Positions 12,735 through 25,727 are shown, counted from the stretch's first letter. The stretch is 64,000 nt of DNA from Podarcis muralis (GCF_964188315.1 NC_135660.1:49228001-49292000); one strand, 5' to 3'. The notes: a model not told the origin generated them from the letters alone. A program made the numbers and translations.

Positions 12735-13365
12735 TGGAAAACTGCTACACTGAGTTACATGGAAACTCAGCTAGGAGGATTTGAGGAAGTCACCTGACAG
12801 TGGTAACAAAAGTGGGACGATAACAGTTAGGATAAGATGACTGGCAGAATCCGAGACCAGGGGAAAGAGACTGCGGAAGAAGATTGGAAGAAATTTAAAG
12901 ACTATCTTAAGAAATATTGTAAAATTGTTGAATGTTAAGACGATGTTGATTCTGAAATTATGGGGTTGCTAGCTGCAATTTATTATGTAATATGAAAAGA
13001 AAGCTTAAAAAATTAACCAAAATTAAGGGAAGGATTTGTTGAAGAGAATTAATTAGAGAATGGAATGCAGTAAGGAGAGGTATGAGGAGGTCGGGAAAGT
13101 AATTTTCACGAACATAAGGGAATGAAGTTATACATGTGGTTTTTGTTTGTTTTCTGATTTTTTGTATGTATTTTTGATTTTCTTTTTTGTGTCTTTTTTG
13201 TGTGATTTTTATGTTTTATAAAACTTGTGAAAATGTTAATAAATATCTTATATATAAAAAAAGATAACAGTTAGGATAAATGTATGTCTGTTTGCTTGTT
13301 TTCCTGTTTTCCTTGTTTGTTCTTATGTTTGTTATAAATATGGAAAATCAATAAAAAAATTTGGA
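12735..13365 (+). mobile_element. Outer L1-like 3' fragment (12735-12835 and 13280-13365)
   Basis: GT-rich 3' UTR-like text ending in AATAAA plus A-run, flanked by the 19-bp TSD inside CR1. Confidence 0.55.
12836..13262 (+). mobile_element. Inner 5'-truncated L1-type LINE
   Basis: Encodes ..MTGRIRDQGKETAEEDWKKFKDYLKKYCKIVEC* (resembles lizard L1 ORF2 C-terminus), then 3' UTR, AATAAA and A-tail; perfect 17-bp TSD gataacagttaggataa at 12819-12835 and 13263-13279. Confidence 0.8.
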
Positions 13366-16300
13366 GAGATTTCTGCATTGCAGGGATTTGGACTGGATGA
13401 CCCTTGGGGGCGGAGTCCCTTCCAACTCTATAAATCCTCTGATTCTGTTGTAGAAACTATGCTTGTACTATCTAGAATCTAGCCAGTTAGTTCTCTGCAC
13501 ACAGTCTTTCCCATAATGATATGTAGAACAGGGAAGGGAGGGCCTGTTGCCCACAGAGTACCGTCTTCTAAAGCCAGAGTGCCATCTTCTGTAGCCAGGA
13601 GGGAGTAGATGGAAAGTTGTAAGAGTGATAGCTGGAACCAGCATTCAATTCGCTGATATGCTTCTTTGTTCTCTTGGGAAATAGAGATGTTCCAGCACAT
13701 TTGAATAGCTTACATTGCATCTGCCTTCTACCTGTGTTAGTTCAATAATAATAATAATAATTGTGTGTGGAGATTGTAATCTTTGTGATTTCTCTTTCTC
13801 TTCTTCATATAATATTCTCCTATACACCTTAAACCGAAGGTGTTTTTTTTAATGCAGCAAGCTTGTAATGTGTATAGATTATGTAATCTTGCATTTCTAT
13901 ACCATCAGTCATAGCTACACATTAAAATAGTTGTTGACTATTCCCTGGGAGAAAGCATTTAAACAAATTATGTTGTTTAGAGTATCCTCTACCTTGAAAG
14001 AAAAACATTGTGTTGAAATGGAATTGAAATATATGTTAAACTTGAGGACTGTGACATAAGTGCCTCTGTATCAGAGTCTAAATGTTCACCTTCTTAAAAG
14101 CCTTTTAAAATGAAAATGAAATAAATCCAGGCTTTGAAAATGTGCTCTCACCAATACATCTTGCATAGCCGAGCAGTTTGTCAAGGGCATTTCTTAAACC
14201 TAAAAAGCCTGACTAAAACTGCACAAACATAATGACATATAACCCTTCCATGCAGAGAACGGAGGTTGTGTGTGTGTGTACACTGAGCAGTCCCTTATGG
14301 GCTGTATTCTGCTAGCCTCATCTTTGTGCTAAAATCAGCTACTACCTGATCATTAGTAAAGATCATCCAAAGTCACCAGGGCACAAATTTTCCCACCACC
14401 TGTTTTATCTGCCGTGGATAAATTTGTAAGTTGAGGGCATTTCATTATTGGAAAGAAGAATGATCAAGATCACAACATGCTACTATTTGTCTTAAAAGTT
14501 TTGTATAGATCTTGATTAGATTCTCCTAATCCTCCCCTTTCTTATATAAAAAAACCCAGCATCTTAAAAAGATGCTTACACATTTAGTACTCCTGTGTGA
14601 CATTTTAAACTTTTCCTGGCTTTGCTGTTGAAATATAAGTGAGTTTGCACATGTGCGACTTTAATCTTGTGTTCAGAAAAATGGCTTTGCTAAAGAGAAC
14701 TAAAAAAAAAAAAATAGTAATCTTGACTGCTAGTCATGCTGTTAGCTGCTTTAGTAAGTAGAAATGGAGTTAATATATGTTTGATGTGAAAATTATATGG
14801 AAACATGTAATTGGGTTTATTTATACCACACAGGTAGCCAGCTGAATTGACAACTGACATTAATTATTTTTCACCATCTCCCCATTTCTTCTTCTTCTTC
14901 ACATTATGCCCTATTTTCTTACCTGATTGTATTTCTGCTTTAGGGTAGAAAACATGTGGGATATTTGGGGCTGTGACATTCAAAATTAAGGTATGCCCAC
15001 CATTTTCTATAGGGTAATAGGTTGACTTTAAAACAATCTGGTGCAGATTTTACCTTCATGAAAACTTTGCTTTTAAACAAGTTTTTTTAAATAAATGTTG
15101 CCAAGCTCTCTTGGTTATAGGGACAGTTTTGAAACTATGCATTTGCTGGAAAAAAATGGAGGGTGCTCCCAGCACATGTTCCCCTTCTCTTCCTTATCCT
15201 TACTCCCCACCCCCAGTAGAGCCTTGGACCTGGCCTAGAGCAAATATTTTCCCCTATACATGTACATTTTCTTCTCTCTATTTCACTCACTCCATCCTTG
15301 CTCATCACTCTCAACTTTGCAAATAGAATTATGCACGTATAACATGCATAATTTTTGAGATTGTGCGACTTGCAATGTTGAGCCACAGCTAAATTACCAT
15401 ATTGCCAATGTTTTTGCTGGCAGGCCTTTTGTTCCTTCAACAGGTGCATAACAAACTGATAGGTGAAGCTTTCCTCAGTATTCAGATGTATATCTGTGGA
15501 TGACCTCACTGCTTGCTTCAAATTTCATTGCCCATTTTCATTTTGTATGTGTGATAGTTTATGAAGGCATTTTACTCTCCTCAACGACAAACAATAGAAA
15601 ACGGAAATGTCAGCTTCTGTTTTGCATTCAGCATCTTTTGTGTTCTTAAGTGTCTGGTTCAAAACAAGTGAAGGTTTAGTGATTATCCTAGCAAGGAGAT
15701 GGGGATATCAGGTTTCTATAGTACCTTTCGCAGGCATGCACATGCTCATGTGCAAGAGTTTTGTAATACGAGAATGGTCATGCCAGTTTCGTTTGTTCTG
15801 ACGTAGATGTAAGAATACTGATTTCCCCATTGTCTCCTGATACATATTTCTGTGAAAGGATGCACTGGGAGATCAATACACACAACATTGTTGCAGGCAT
15901 GTGTATATGTAAAAATAACAACAGAGGAACAGCCCCAGGCATGTGCTAGATGATAGATAGGAAACCATATTTGTGATTTTTAGGGCACATTATTTAATTA
16001 TAGTGCCCAGATTCCCATTAGTTTTGTTCTTTCCCACAAAAAGCCAAATATCACCCAATAATTGGCATTACTAATTATTAGAATATCTTGTGCAATAGCT
16101 TTATGTCTATTAGTGATAGATATGTTTTGCAGAAAGATAAACTGGCTTCAGGAACATATGATAACTTGGCCAGCAGAACTGATTCAAAAAGTGGAAGTCT
16201 TTATGTGTGCAAAAAAATATGGAGCACCATAAATAAATGCATTTTCTTTCTGTGTCACTTGCAAATACAAAATGGTTACATTTTGATTCCATTATCACTG

Positions 16301-17009
16301 TCTTGCGCACTTTCAAGCAGCATAAAAGAATTTAAAAGCAAAATGTTTTCAGTATTATATTAGACAGTTGTTGCATCACAAAGGCATTGGCAGTTTGATG
16401 CTATTAGCAGAAAATACACATTATTATATAATGCTAATGAATAGTCCTGCTGCTAATATGGAAACAGTTATAAAGCTCTGTCCAGGAGGGAGACCAAGTG
16501 CTGTTTTAAGAGCAAATAATGAAGTGATCAGACAGTGGAGAATTAAGTGGCTAGATGGGGTGGTGGGGAGACTGCACATGTAATTAAAACACACATATAG
16601 TTTATATTTATATAGGGATATATCTCTGTATCAGTCAATACTACCCAAAGTCACAATGGGCCAGCATTCCCGAAATCTTTCTTTTCTCTCATTGTTGTAA
16701 GATATAATTGCCTTTCTTCACTCTCCATAAGACTTCACTCACTCTCGGGCATGCTCTCTATTTCTATCCCCACCAAAGTTAGGCATGTGAATAATGTGAA
16801 TAATATGCAACATAGAATCTAGGCATTAGGTATTAGAATCTAGTAGAATCTAGGTATTAGACTCTACGGAGTCAAACAGGGTATGTTTGAACTTAGGACA
16901 CAAGGCACATGTCTTCTAAGATAACCTATCTTCTCAGGCCTCTTCCTGACTCAGTGGTATCAAGAACTGGAAGAAGGCCCTTGAAAACCAGATAAAGCAG
17001 AAACCTAAC

Positions 17010-17465
17010 CCACGTAGAGCAAAGATGAGGAACCTGTGGCCACTCCCATGGCCAGTAGCCAGGGGTGATAGGAGTTGCAATCCAACAACATTTAGAGAAC
17101 CACAGATTCCCCATCCAGTTTTACAGTCTAGACCAGGCATTCTCAGTGTGGGACTCCCAAATGTTACTGGGCTACAGCGCCCAACAACTCTTGACTATTG
17201 GCCATGCTGGCTGGAACTGATGGGAGTTGGGATTGAAAAACATTGGGGGATATGAGGTTGGCTGTCTTAGCTTGCTTAGGTCTGCATAAACAAATACTTC
17301 AAACTGATTTTATAAAATACCTGCAATGTGTTTTCCCTTCCTGAACAGAGATATGGAACTTATGGCCATCCAGATGTTTTTGGACTACCACTGCATTCTC
17401 GGTGTTGCCTAATGGGAATTGCAGTCCAACAGCATCTGGGGAGCCACAGGTTCCTCACCCCTAAT
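17010..17465. mobile_element. Cluster of three degraded hAT hairpin MITEs (about 17010-17120, 17134-17265, 17345-17465)
   Basis: Each shows parts of the gaacctgtgg / ggactac / gggagttg / acaggttcc core. Boundaries approximate. Confidence 0.65.
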
Positions 17466-18434
17466 GTAGGGGATTATAGATAATGCTTATCTATAATCAT
17501 GTGACTCATATGTCCACTGGTGGCAGAACTCAAATGTTTCTTTCCATCATCCTAACTTCCATGTCCTATGCTCACACTACAGTTACCAATTCTTGTTTCC
17601 TGCAAAAGCTGGACATCTCTACTAATCTAAATGGATCCCATCATATATGCCACTTGGGGGTGACAATAACAAATGAAATCCTAAGCACAATGAGTCCCAT
17701 TGATCTGGGCTTTTGAATCATATTCTGAGGATTACACTATGGACCTGCTAGATTTAGGCAGCAATCCTATACACACATACCTAAAGTAAGTTTAAGTGAA
17801 ATGAATGGGGCTTACCTTTGGGTGGAAATGTATGTGACTGTACTGTAAACCAGACCCAAAGGCGCTGCTTATTATGCACACCACAGAGATAATTTCCTTT
17901 AGGTATCTTTAGAGAGCAGACCTTGGCTTTTCCTGACAGCAGCAATTTTCTGGTGTATGAAAGAGTCTCATCTGAAGTGTACTTTCCTATATCTATTGGC
18001 AAACAGGATGGAGCCACAGAGCACTTAATTGTCCTATATTATCTTATCATACATAACGAAAGGTACAGGTAAATAGCCATAAATCACCCATCTTTTATAT
18101 GGCACCCACCCACAATATTTGACCTTTTCAACTTGCTGTAAACACATTCAGTTTTAAGGCAATTAAAACAATAAGAAAAGGGACATGTATTAGTCATATC
18201 ATGTTAATGCTGAAGATTGCACTTTGTTTGCAAGATTGACAACTTTAAGTCATTGACCCATGAAAGCCTTTGAAATTTATCCAATTCCTGGTGATGTGTC
18301 TTCCCATGTTTCCAAAAGTTGACTGGATATGATGGCACAGCAAAGGTCTTGAATTGTTCTTCATTTCTTTAATACAAAGCATTTGTTGGTCAGCGAGCTT
18401 CATGGCTGAGGAGCTTCATACCTAGGTTTTTACT

Positions 18435-18571
18435 CAGGCATAGGCAAACTCATGCCTCCAGATGTTTTGGGACTACAACTCCCATCATCTCTAGCTATCA
18501 GGACCAGTGGGCAGGGATGATGGGAGTTGTAGTCCCAAAAATGTCTGGAGGACCAAGTTTGCCTATGCCTG
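18435..18571. mobile_element. hAT MITE, near-perfect hairpin
   Basis: TIR caggcataggcaaact / agtttgcctatgcctg; internal inverted arms ggactacaactcccatcatc / gatgatgggagttgtagtcc; flanks tttttact / ctcttact. Confidence 0.9.
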
Positions 18572-19431
18572 CTCTTACTGAACCAAGTTAATAGAATGTG
18601 ACAGAACCCAGTGATTTGGTGAAGATCCAGTGGTTGGGAGTTCCTGTGCTGCAAATCTTTGTGATTTTTTTTTAAAAAACACCTTATCCCTAATTTTTAA
18701 GTTTTCCAAGGAAAATGATGGCTAGAGATGCAAATCCAAAATGAGCTTTCTATCATTTAAAGCCTTATGCTATCAGCAAAAATAGGATGTCGCTCCTATG
18801 ACCATAAATCCCCCAGCTGAGTGTGTGTTTCAGCATTACAGATACTGTGTTAGGTGGCATACTGCAGGTTATCAGTGCAGCATCTGCATCTGGTACAGAA
18901 TTTAATTCATGCCTGCTGTCCTCTTGCTGTCAGTTTTATAAGCCCAAATTGATAGTGTTTTTCTGTGATTTTGATTCTTTCTAACAAAACAAAACAAAAC
19001 AAAGTTTGCCTGATTTTTTGCAACAGTCTTTCCATATCACTTACATATGGGACTGTTCATGTCATTCAAACTTTCTGGATATCTGGAAGTCATTCTGCTA
19101 CAGGCATCATTTCTGCAGATTGAAATGGAAGTGCAAGTGCAAATGAATAGGGGAAAGTCAAAGGAGGGAAGAAAAATGTGCCACCAAATAATGATGTGCT
19201 AAATGACTGGACTGAAGAAGAAAGTGCGAGTGAGACATCATATGGCAATTAGTACTTTTCATCTCATTTGCTTGCTACCTTGCCACTTCCTTACTCTACT
19301 TTGGTGAGTGCAATGCTGTTTTATTGATTCCTCTCACATTCTAGAAAAACACAAATATTCTAGAATAAGAACAATTTCACTATTTTGTAACTACCAGCTC
19401 TGTCCATTCCAACCTTCTATTAAAACAAAAA

Positions 19432-19583
19432 AATTTTTCCTTCCAGTAGCACCTTAAAGACCAACTAAGTTAGTTCTTGGTATGAGCTTTCGTGTGCATG
19501 CACACTTCTTCAGATACACGAAAGCTCATACCAAGAACTAACTTAGTTGGTCTTTAAGGTGCTACTGGAAGGGGAAAAAAATT
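19432..19583. mobile_element. Penelope-like element terminal remnant in inverted-repeat configuration
   Basis: Perfect 54-bp inverted arms (19441-19494 / 19517-19570); agcaccttaaagaccaac...gagctttcgtg resembles reptile Penelope termini; contains a hammerhead core. Confidence 0.75.
19480..19517 (-). ncRNA. Minimal type I hammerhead ribozyme motif (Penelope-type)
   Basis: Minus strand GUAU-CUGAAGA-A-GUGUGC AU GCACAC-GAAA-GCUC-AUAC: stem I GUAU/AUAC, CUGANGA box, 6-bp stem II, GAAA box, palindromic AGCU stem III, predicted cleavage after GCUC. Confidence 0.8.
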
Positions 19584-20948
19584 GTTTTGACTATGGCAGA
19601 CCAACACGGCTACCTATCTGTAACTGGAACCTTCTATTAAGTGAAAGAAAGAAAACTATTTGTTATAAAAATTTTGCTCACAGGGCTAAACGCCAGTGTT
19701 TTCTCACCTCCAGCAGTAAGGTTCTAACACACTGTATGTGGTTTCCCCCTATTGTTGTTCTTTGTTTTGCAATAATCATTCTTTTTAATGCATTTTTAAT
19801 AAACAAGATTCTTTGGAGAGAATCTTGAAATGATGCTACAGACAGCAGACAGAATGCCTTGTCCTAAAACACTTTCTCTTGTCATGTTGGTAGTTTTAGC
19901 AGATAAAAGAAGCTGGGCTTTGGGCACTGTATGTTTTACTCTATACATTATATAAGTGTGTATAATAAAGAAGAGTGCCTGCTCTGCTCAGTTCAGTTCA
20001 ATGCAAATACAAAGGGAAAAAAGTAGATAAGTTGGAAGCAGATTCGTATTTAACCCTTGTATGTTGCAAGATATTTTTATATGTAGATTGCTTTTGGGTT
20101 CAGCATAATGGTCTATTTGAAGTGGAACATAGCTCTTAGTTAACAGTGAAAGTGATAAGTTGTCTAAAGCCCTGTTTAGACAGACAGAGCTTATTTGGCA
20201 TCCGCATTAAGCTGTTTGACAAAATGTTTCGAATGTAATTAGTTCACATCAAAGGTACACCATCTTCAGTGACGGGTAAAATTGATGAGAACTAAAGAGA
20301 CTTAGATCAGCATGAATGGAGGCCTTGGGTTTCAAGGTTTTAGTGTTGTTACATTAAAAAAAGTAAATCTGCTCTTTCAAACTAGAAGTTGTCTTTAATA
20401 TTTGGTAGAATTTCTGACTTTATATTATGTTCTCTATGTTGTTCTTCTGTTTTCTTAAACTTTCAAGACAGCTGTGCAGAGCACCCGAAACAGATACAAT
20501 TTTCATCATGATTGTGAAACATTAACTGACATGCTTTGTTTGTTTTATAATTACACCTGTTGAAAGAGTGCTTCTATTCTGATCATTTTTTGGGGGGGAG
20601 GGAACCCACACACTTCCTAGATTGCACCCTGGAGACCTTTCCAGATGACTGAGCTATCCATGTTTTTGTTATGCCAACACCACCTTCATATTTTGCCTTG
20701 AATCTGAGGACTGCTCTCTACATTATGAGGGGGAACTATGCAAGTTCTGCATATTTTTTAAATGCTAGATCAAGCTGCAAATATCTACCAGGTATTCCCT
20801 GCAGCATTATATCAGTATCAAACTCATAGGCGACTTGTGTTTCTTTTGCAATTGCTTCTTGCCTCAATTCAGCGAACTGGGCCAGATGTTGTCAAACTGT
20901 GGTATGGTGCTATAAGAATAAAAACTGAGCTTGCATGTTGCCTCCTTC

Positions 20949-20952
<4 letters not shown>

Positions 20953-20998
<46 letters not shown>
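20953..20998. repeat. (AC)n microsatellite
   Basis: Perfect run. Confidence 0.98.
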
Positions 20999-20999
<1 letters not shown>

Positions 21000-21469
21000 A
21001 TCTTTCTATTCCTCACAACTACATCCATCACTGCTCAATATCTCCTGTCCTCTGGGTAGAACAGAGAAGAGAGGATTTCTGATTAGAAGGATAGAGTGCA
21101 TGTCTGAAGTTTGCATATAGGCCAGAGAAGGATGGAAAGAGCATGAGGAGGGAAGTGCCCAGTTTTTGTTTTTATGGGTTCATACCTTGTGTTTATCTTC
21201 TCTTGGACTGCAATCAAGCATCAAACAATAGTCTGCAATTCCAGTTCGGAAGCCAAGTATGAATCATAGTTTGTTCATTTGGATGTAACAGAGAACTGTA
21301 TCTCACACTAAAGAGGAAACAACCAATTGGATTAATTCAATGAGTGGAAAATGAAGATGTGTAATACTATTTACAATATCTGCTTTTCAGTATTGTGAAG
21401 TGACAAATTGGGTAAATTCCACGTAAAAATAATGAAAGAGGATCCAGTTTTTATCTGACTTCTATGTTC

Positions 21470-21555
21470 GTCCTTTTCTATGGCAGCCATTTTGTGACTG
21501 ATGCCCATAGCACTTTCTCAGAATTCCACATGTGCCCAGGTCTAAAAAGGGCAGG
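21470..21555. mobile_element. hAT MITE remnant
   Basis: cagccattttgtg...ctttctcagaattccacatgtgcccagg...aaaagggcagggacc; a related end occurs at about 7400-7450. Confidence 0.4.
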
Positions 21556-22774
21556 GACCTCCCTGGTGGTTACTTTACTCGAAACAAAACGTTTAAGTTA
21601 AGTGTGCTAGCAAATGCTAATATTTTTATCTTTTCAGAGTTTTTCCCAATGGGATTCCAGTTATCTTCCCAAGATCTTTCTGTCTTCTCCTTTTTTGTTT
21701 GTAGGAAATCCTTTGTTGTTTCTTTGTTTCATCTTTGAAAAGAAAAAAACAAGCAAACAAAAAAATGAATTCCATTTTTAGCAATCATATGGTGTGAACA
21801 ATGGGAGCGCACACACACACACCCAGTAAATGTTGTAGATGAATCATTTCTGTGAGTAACAAAGGCTAAGGAACTCATTACACAGATAACTGGCAATCTC
21901 TTAATTCTCAATCTGCATCACATGGGTAGTGCTTACAAAAGGAACGTTCTAACACAGCTATGTGCCCGTTGGACTTGAATGGACAAATAATGCCTGTTAG
22001 GATTCTAAAGTCTCCAGGAGAAACTTTCAGCCACCTGACAACCACAAGGATGTATTCCAGCTTCATGCTTTAAAAATCTATGACCGTTTCTTCCCTCTGC
22101 TTTTTCAAATACAAGGACTGGATTTAGCTATCCCATTATGCTAGCGGAAGCCCACACAAGGACCCCCCTATCCTCCCCAGTGCCTCTTCCAAAACTTCTC
22201 TGGAGGGTCAGGTAAGGAGAACCCCCAGAACAGTGCACAGGAAGAGAATAAGAGGGGAGCATTCCATATGACAAGCAGAAACTCTTGCATGGATGGAATG
22301 AGCTACTCAGCACTACATTGAATTCCACCCCTACATTGGAATCTTTCACTTACAGCAGTCAGCAGATTTCTTGGCATCTTCCTTCTTAGATTGCCAGTGT
22401 CACAACTTGCTGTGTGTTATGTAAAGCCAAACTTAAGCACCCATTCAATTGTTTTCAGGGTGATGCTTGGGAAAGGGTGGCAGTTTGCTGCTTATACCAT
22501 TGTTAATATCAGATAGCTCCAAGGAATTCTAGTTCTCTCCTTGTAATAGGTCTGTGGGACTTCCTTTGTTCCTAGCCAAGTAATTGAGTGCACTCTTTTG
22601 TGCATCTTCCAAGTAGATGAGCCCCAGGAAAGCTGCCCAGCCGCTGTTACAGACCATAAGAGACCACAAATTTAGTTTGATTAGCTGACCTCCCTGTGGG
22701 ATTGTTACTGGAAAAAGTTTTAAAACCTGATATAAACGAAGGTGCTGACAATTGCAGACTGCTATTTTTGGAAT

Positions 22775-23140
22775 GGGGGACGCGGGTGGCGCTGTGGGTA
22801 AAAGCCTCAGCGCCTAGGGCTTGCCGATCGAAAGGTCGGCGGTTCGAATCCCCGTGGCAGGGTGCGCTCCCGTTGCTCGGTCCCAGCGCCTGCCAACCTA
22901 GCAGTTCGAAAGCACCCCCGGGTGCAAGTAGATAAATAGGGACCACTTACTGGCGGGAAGGTAAATGGCGTTTCCGTGTGCGGCTCTGGCTCGCCAGATG
23001 CAGCTTTGTCACGCTGGCCACGTGACCCGGAAGTGTCTGCGGACAGCGCTGGCCCCCGGCCTCTAGAGTGAGATGGGCGCACAACCCTAGAGTCTGTCAA
23101 GACTGGCCCGTACGGGCAGGGGTACCTTTACCTTTACCTT
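22775..23140 (+). mobile_element. Full-length Sauria SINE (Squam1/POM-type)
   Basis: tRNA-derived head with A box TGGCGCTGTGG and B box GGTTCGAATCC, CpG-rich body, (ACCTTT)n tail, perfect 12-bp TSD tatttttggaat (22763-22774 / 23141-23152). Confidence 0.95.
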
Positions 23141-24993
23141 TATTTTTGGAATACACAATATTTTACCATAGTTTGATTTAGCCCTGCCGTAAGATTATTT
23201 CCCACCACATCTAGTTTATTTCTTCTGGTGATAGTGGCTGGAATACAGTGTGAATTTTCACTGGTTTCTCTTCCCTGTCTTTTCTCCCTTCTACTCTGAA
23301 GACCAAGTCAATGACTGTTTTCAAATAAATGTGAGGTTCTGTTATCTTCTCTCTGCCTAAAGTATAAAGTAAAGTTCTGAAACAGAGTATTTTACTACCT
23401 GTCCTTTCCATGAACTTTACCCCTGATATTTGTGAGAAGACTGAGGTTACCACTGCTTCAGAATGGGCAAGATCCCTGTGAGTAGTGTCTCCAAGCTATT
23501 GGTAATTTGGGTGGTTTTGTAAAGAAGGTCTGATTGTGAATTTCTAAGTCATAGGGGTCCAACTGACAACTCTGTTGGTATGTACCCTTAATTAAGCAGG
23601 ACTGTAAGCATTCTATAGTATATAATATTATGTGAGATATATAGTACATAATATATAAACTGAGGCAGAAGTTCATCTGTAATATTTTGTTTCTTATCAC
23701 AAGACAAAAGGAAGCTGAGTTTGTCATCCTTGCAACCACTTAACTTAGGAAAAAGCCCAATTGAATTGAATGGGATGGATTTCAGAGTAGACTTGTATAG
23801 GATTGGGCAGTGAATTGCAGAAATTTGGGGCTTTGCATGCAGTTTCTCCGTGAAGTCATGCATAACTAGGCAACTTTATTTCTTGCCTTTTTATTTTTCA
23901 TTGTATATAATTCTGAAAAACTGGGGCTAACATGAACATAAGAAGAATGCTATGCGTTGCTTGGAAATAGCAATCTCATAGGATGAGAAGCACTGTTAAT
24001 TCCCCTTAAATAATTCAATATAATGTCAATATCCCACAACTCCCTAGACTTAGAGTGACAAGCCTGTTCAAATTAGTAGCCCTGAAGACTAGAGAATATT
24101 CAGGACATGCTTTTATCTCAGGAAAGACAGAGCTCAATGCGGATGCATAATTTTTGCAAGGAAGAGTCTGAAGACCAGGCTTAAACCTGGATGTGACAAG
24201 TTATTCAGTGCAAATGCCATTACTGTTTAACCAGCACTAATATATTTCGTTCACTTTTTGCCCAGTTAATAAAATCACAGTATGTTTCTTTAATTTTGTT
24301 CATAGTTTTACAAATATGTGATGATGGTAAAGCACTTTCAGAAAAGTATTATTTCATTTTCTTATGACAACTATGTAGAATATATATACTGTAAAATGTT
24401 GAGATCTGTGGTTTAAATTGTCATAGGATTACTTTCAAAGTGAACCTTTTTAATCTAGCAATATAACTCTGAAAAGCTAGCTAACTGTGCAAGCTTAACC
24501 ACTACTACTCAGATGTAAATCCTATTGAATTCTGCTGGACTTTCTCCCAATTAAGTTGGGTTAGGATTGTAACCTAAACTGCCTAGAAAAGTGGAATTGT
24601 GTATCTTATTTTGGTGTTCTCTTATGTGATATGGTTGGACCATTGATCATTTCTGTGATGAATTTAATTCCGTTGTTCTCTTTGCACAAATCTGCAGCTG
24701 TATGGGTGTGATTTCACACAGCAGGGAGTATTTTTGAACAGGACAACTGTGTAAATTCCCACACAATTATCACATTCATGTGGTTGTTTGTATGCGGGAT
24801 CCTAGGATTGTACAACAGCAAAGCAGTTCTCACACCTCTGTAGATTAAAGCCTCTAGCCATATTTGGGTGCTAATGCTCCCATGCTCCTCAAGATAGGAG
24901 TGGGTGGGGGGAGAGACTACGTGGCATGTCTTTGTCTAAAGAGCAGAACAGCTACAGCACATTTTCATGGACTGCTGCATGCACAAAGCATTA

Positions 24994-25234
24994 CAGTGGT
25001 ACCTCGGTTTAAGAACAGTCCGGTTTAAGAATGATTTGGTTTACAAACTCCGCAAAACCGGAAATAGTGTCTTGGTTTGAGAACTTTACCTCAGTCTAAG
25101 AACTTAATCTGAACGGTGGAAGGGCACCGGCAGCGGGAAGCCTCATTAGGGAAAGCGCACCTCGGTTTAAGAATGGTTTTGGTTTAAGAACAGACTTTGG
25201 GAACAGATTAAGTTCGTAAACCGAGGTACAACTG
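24994..25234. mobile_element. Tc1/mariner-pogo MITE, family B
   Basis: TA|cagtggtacctcggttta ... taaaccgaggtacaactg|TA, with internal ggtttaagaa repeats. Confidence 0.9.
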
Positions 25235-25648
25235 TACTTCAAACCGTAAGCTTAATTGTATAGTTTCTGAGTCACATGGAAGCCTGTATGTCTGGAGGCT
25301 CCATTGCTACAGATGACTGGCTGTGCTTTTCACACAAAGACAAAGAGGAGGGGCTTCTTAGTGTGTTCCTTTCCCCATATCAGTGAACATGGGAGCATTA
25401 ATGCTCAAATAAACTTTTGTCTTATGTACTGTCCTCCTGAATGCTGGGCGCTTCCTTCCCTCATGCTGGGTTTGTCCAAATACACCAAGACATTTAGACA
25501 GACTTATACTTAATGACTCAGATGCTTACTCAATTCCATTATTCCATTATAAGCCTTGTTAACTTACAGTACAGGCACACACACTTTATGTGCCATCCAC
25601 TCACATGTGACGATGTTTACACGGGTCATCATGAGATAGATTGACAGG

Positions 25649-25727
25649 TAGATAGATAGATAGATAGATAGATGATAGATAGATAGATGATAGATAGATA
25701 GATGATAGATAGATAGATGATAGATAG
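25649..25727. repeat. (GATA)n microsatellite with GAT interruptions
   Basis: Direct reading. Confidence 0.97.

Larger units (their letters stand above)
12555..13447 (+). mobile_element. CR1 LINE 3' end (12555-12734 and 13366-13447) split by insertions
   Basis: Translation MIAIFKYLKGCHMEGGANLF matches CR1 ORF2 C-terminus; 3' end ggactggatgacc...gtcccttccaactct...gattct; 19-bp duplication gagatt(c/t)ctgcattgcagg at 12716-12734 and 13366-13384. Confidence 0.85.

Noticed and set aside
22775-22860. tRNA-like A and B boxes
   Set aside because: Head of the Sauria SINE, not a tRNA gene.
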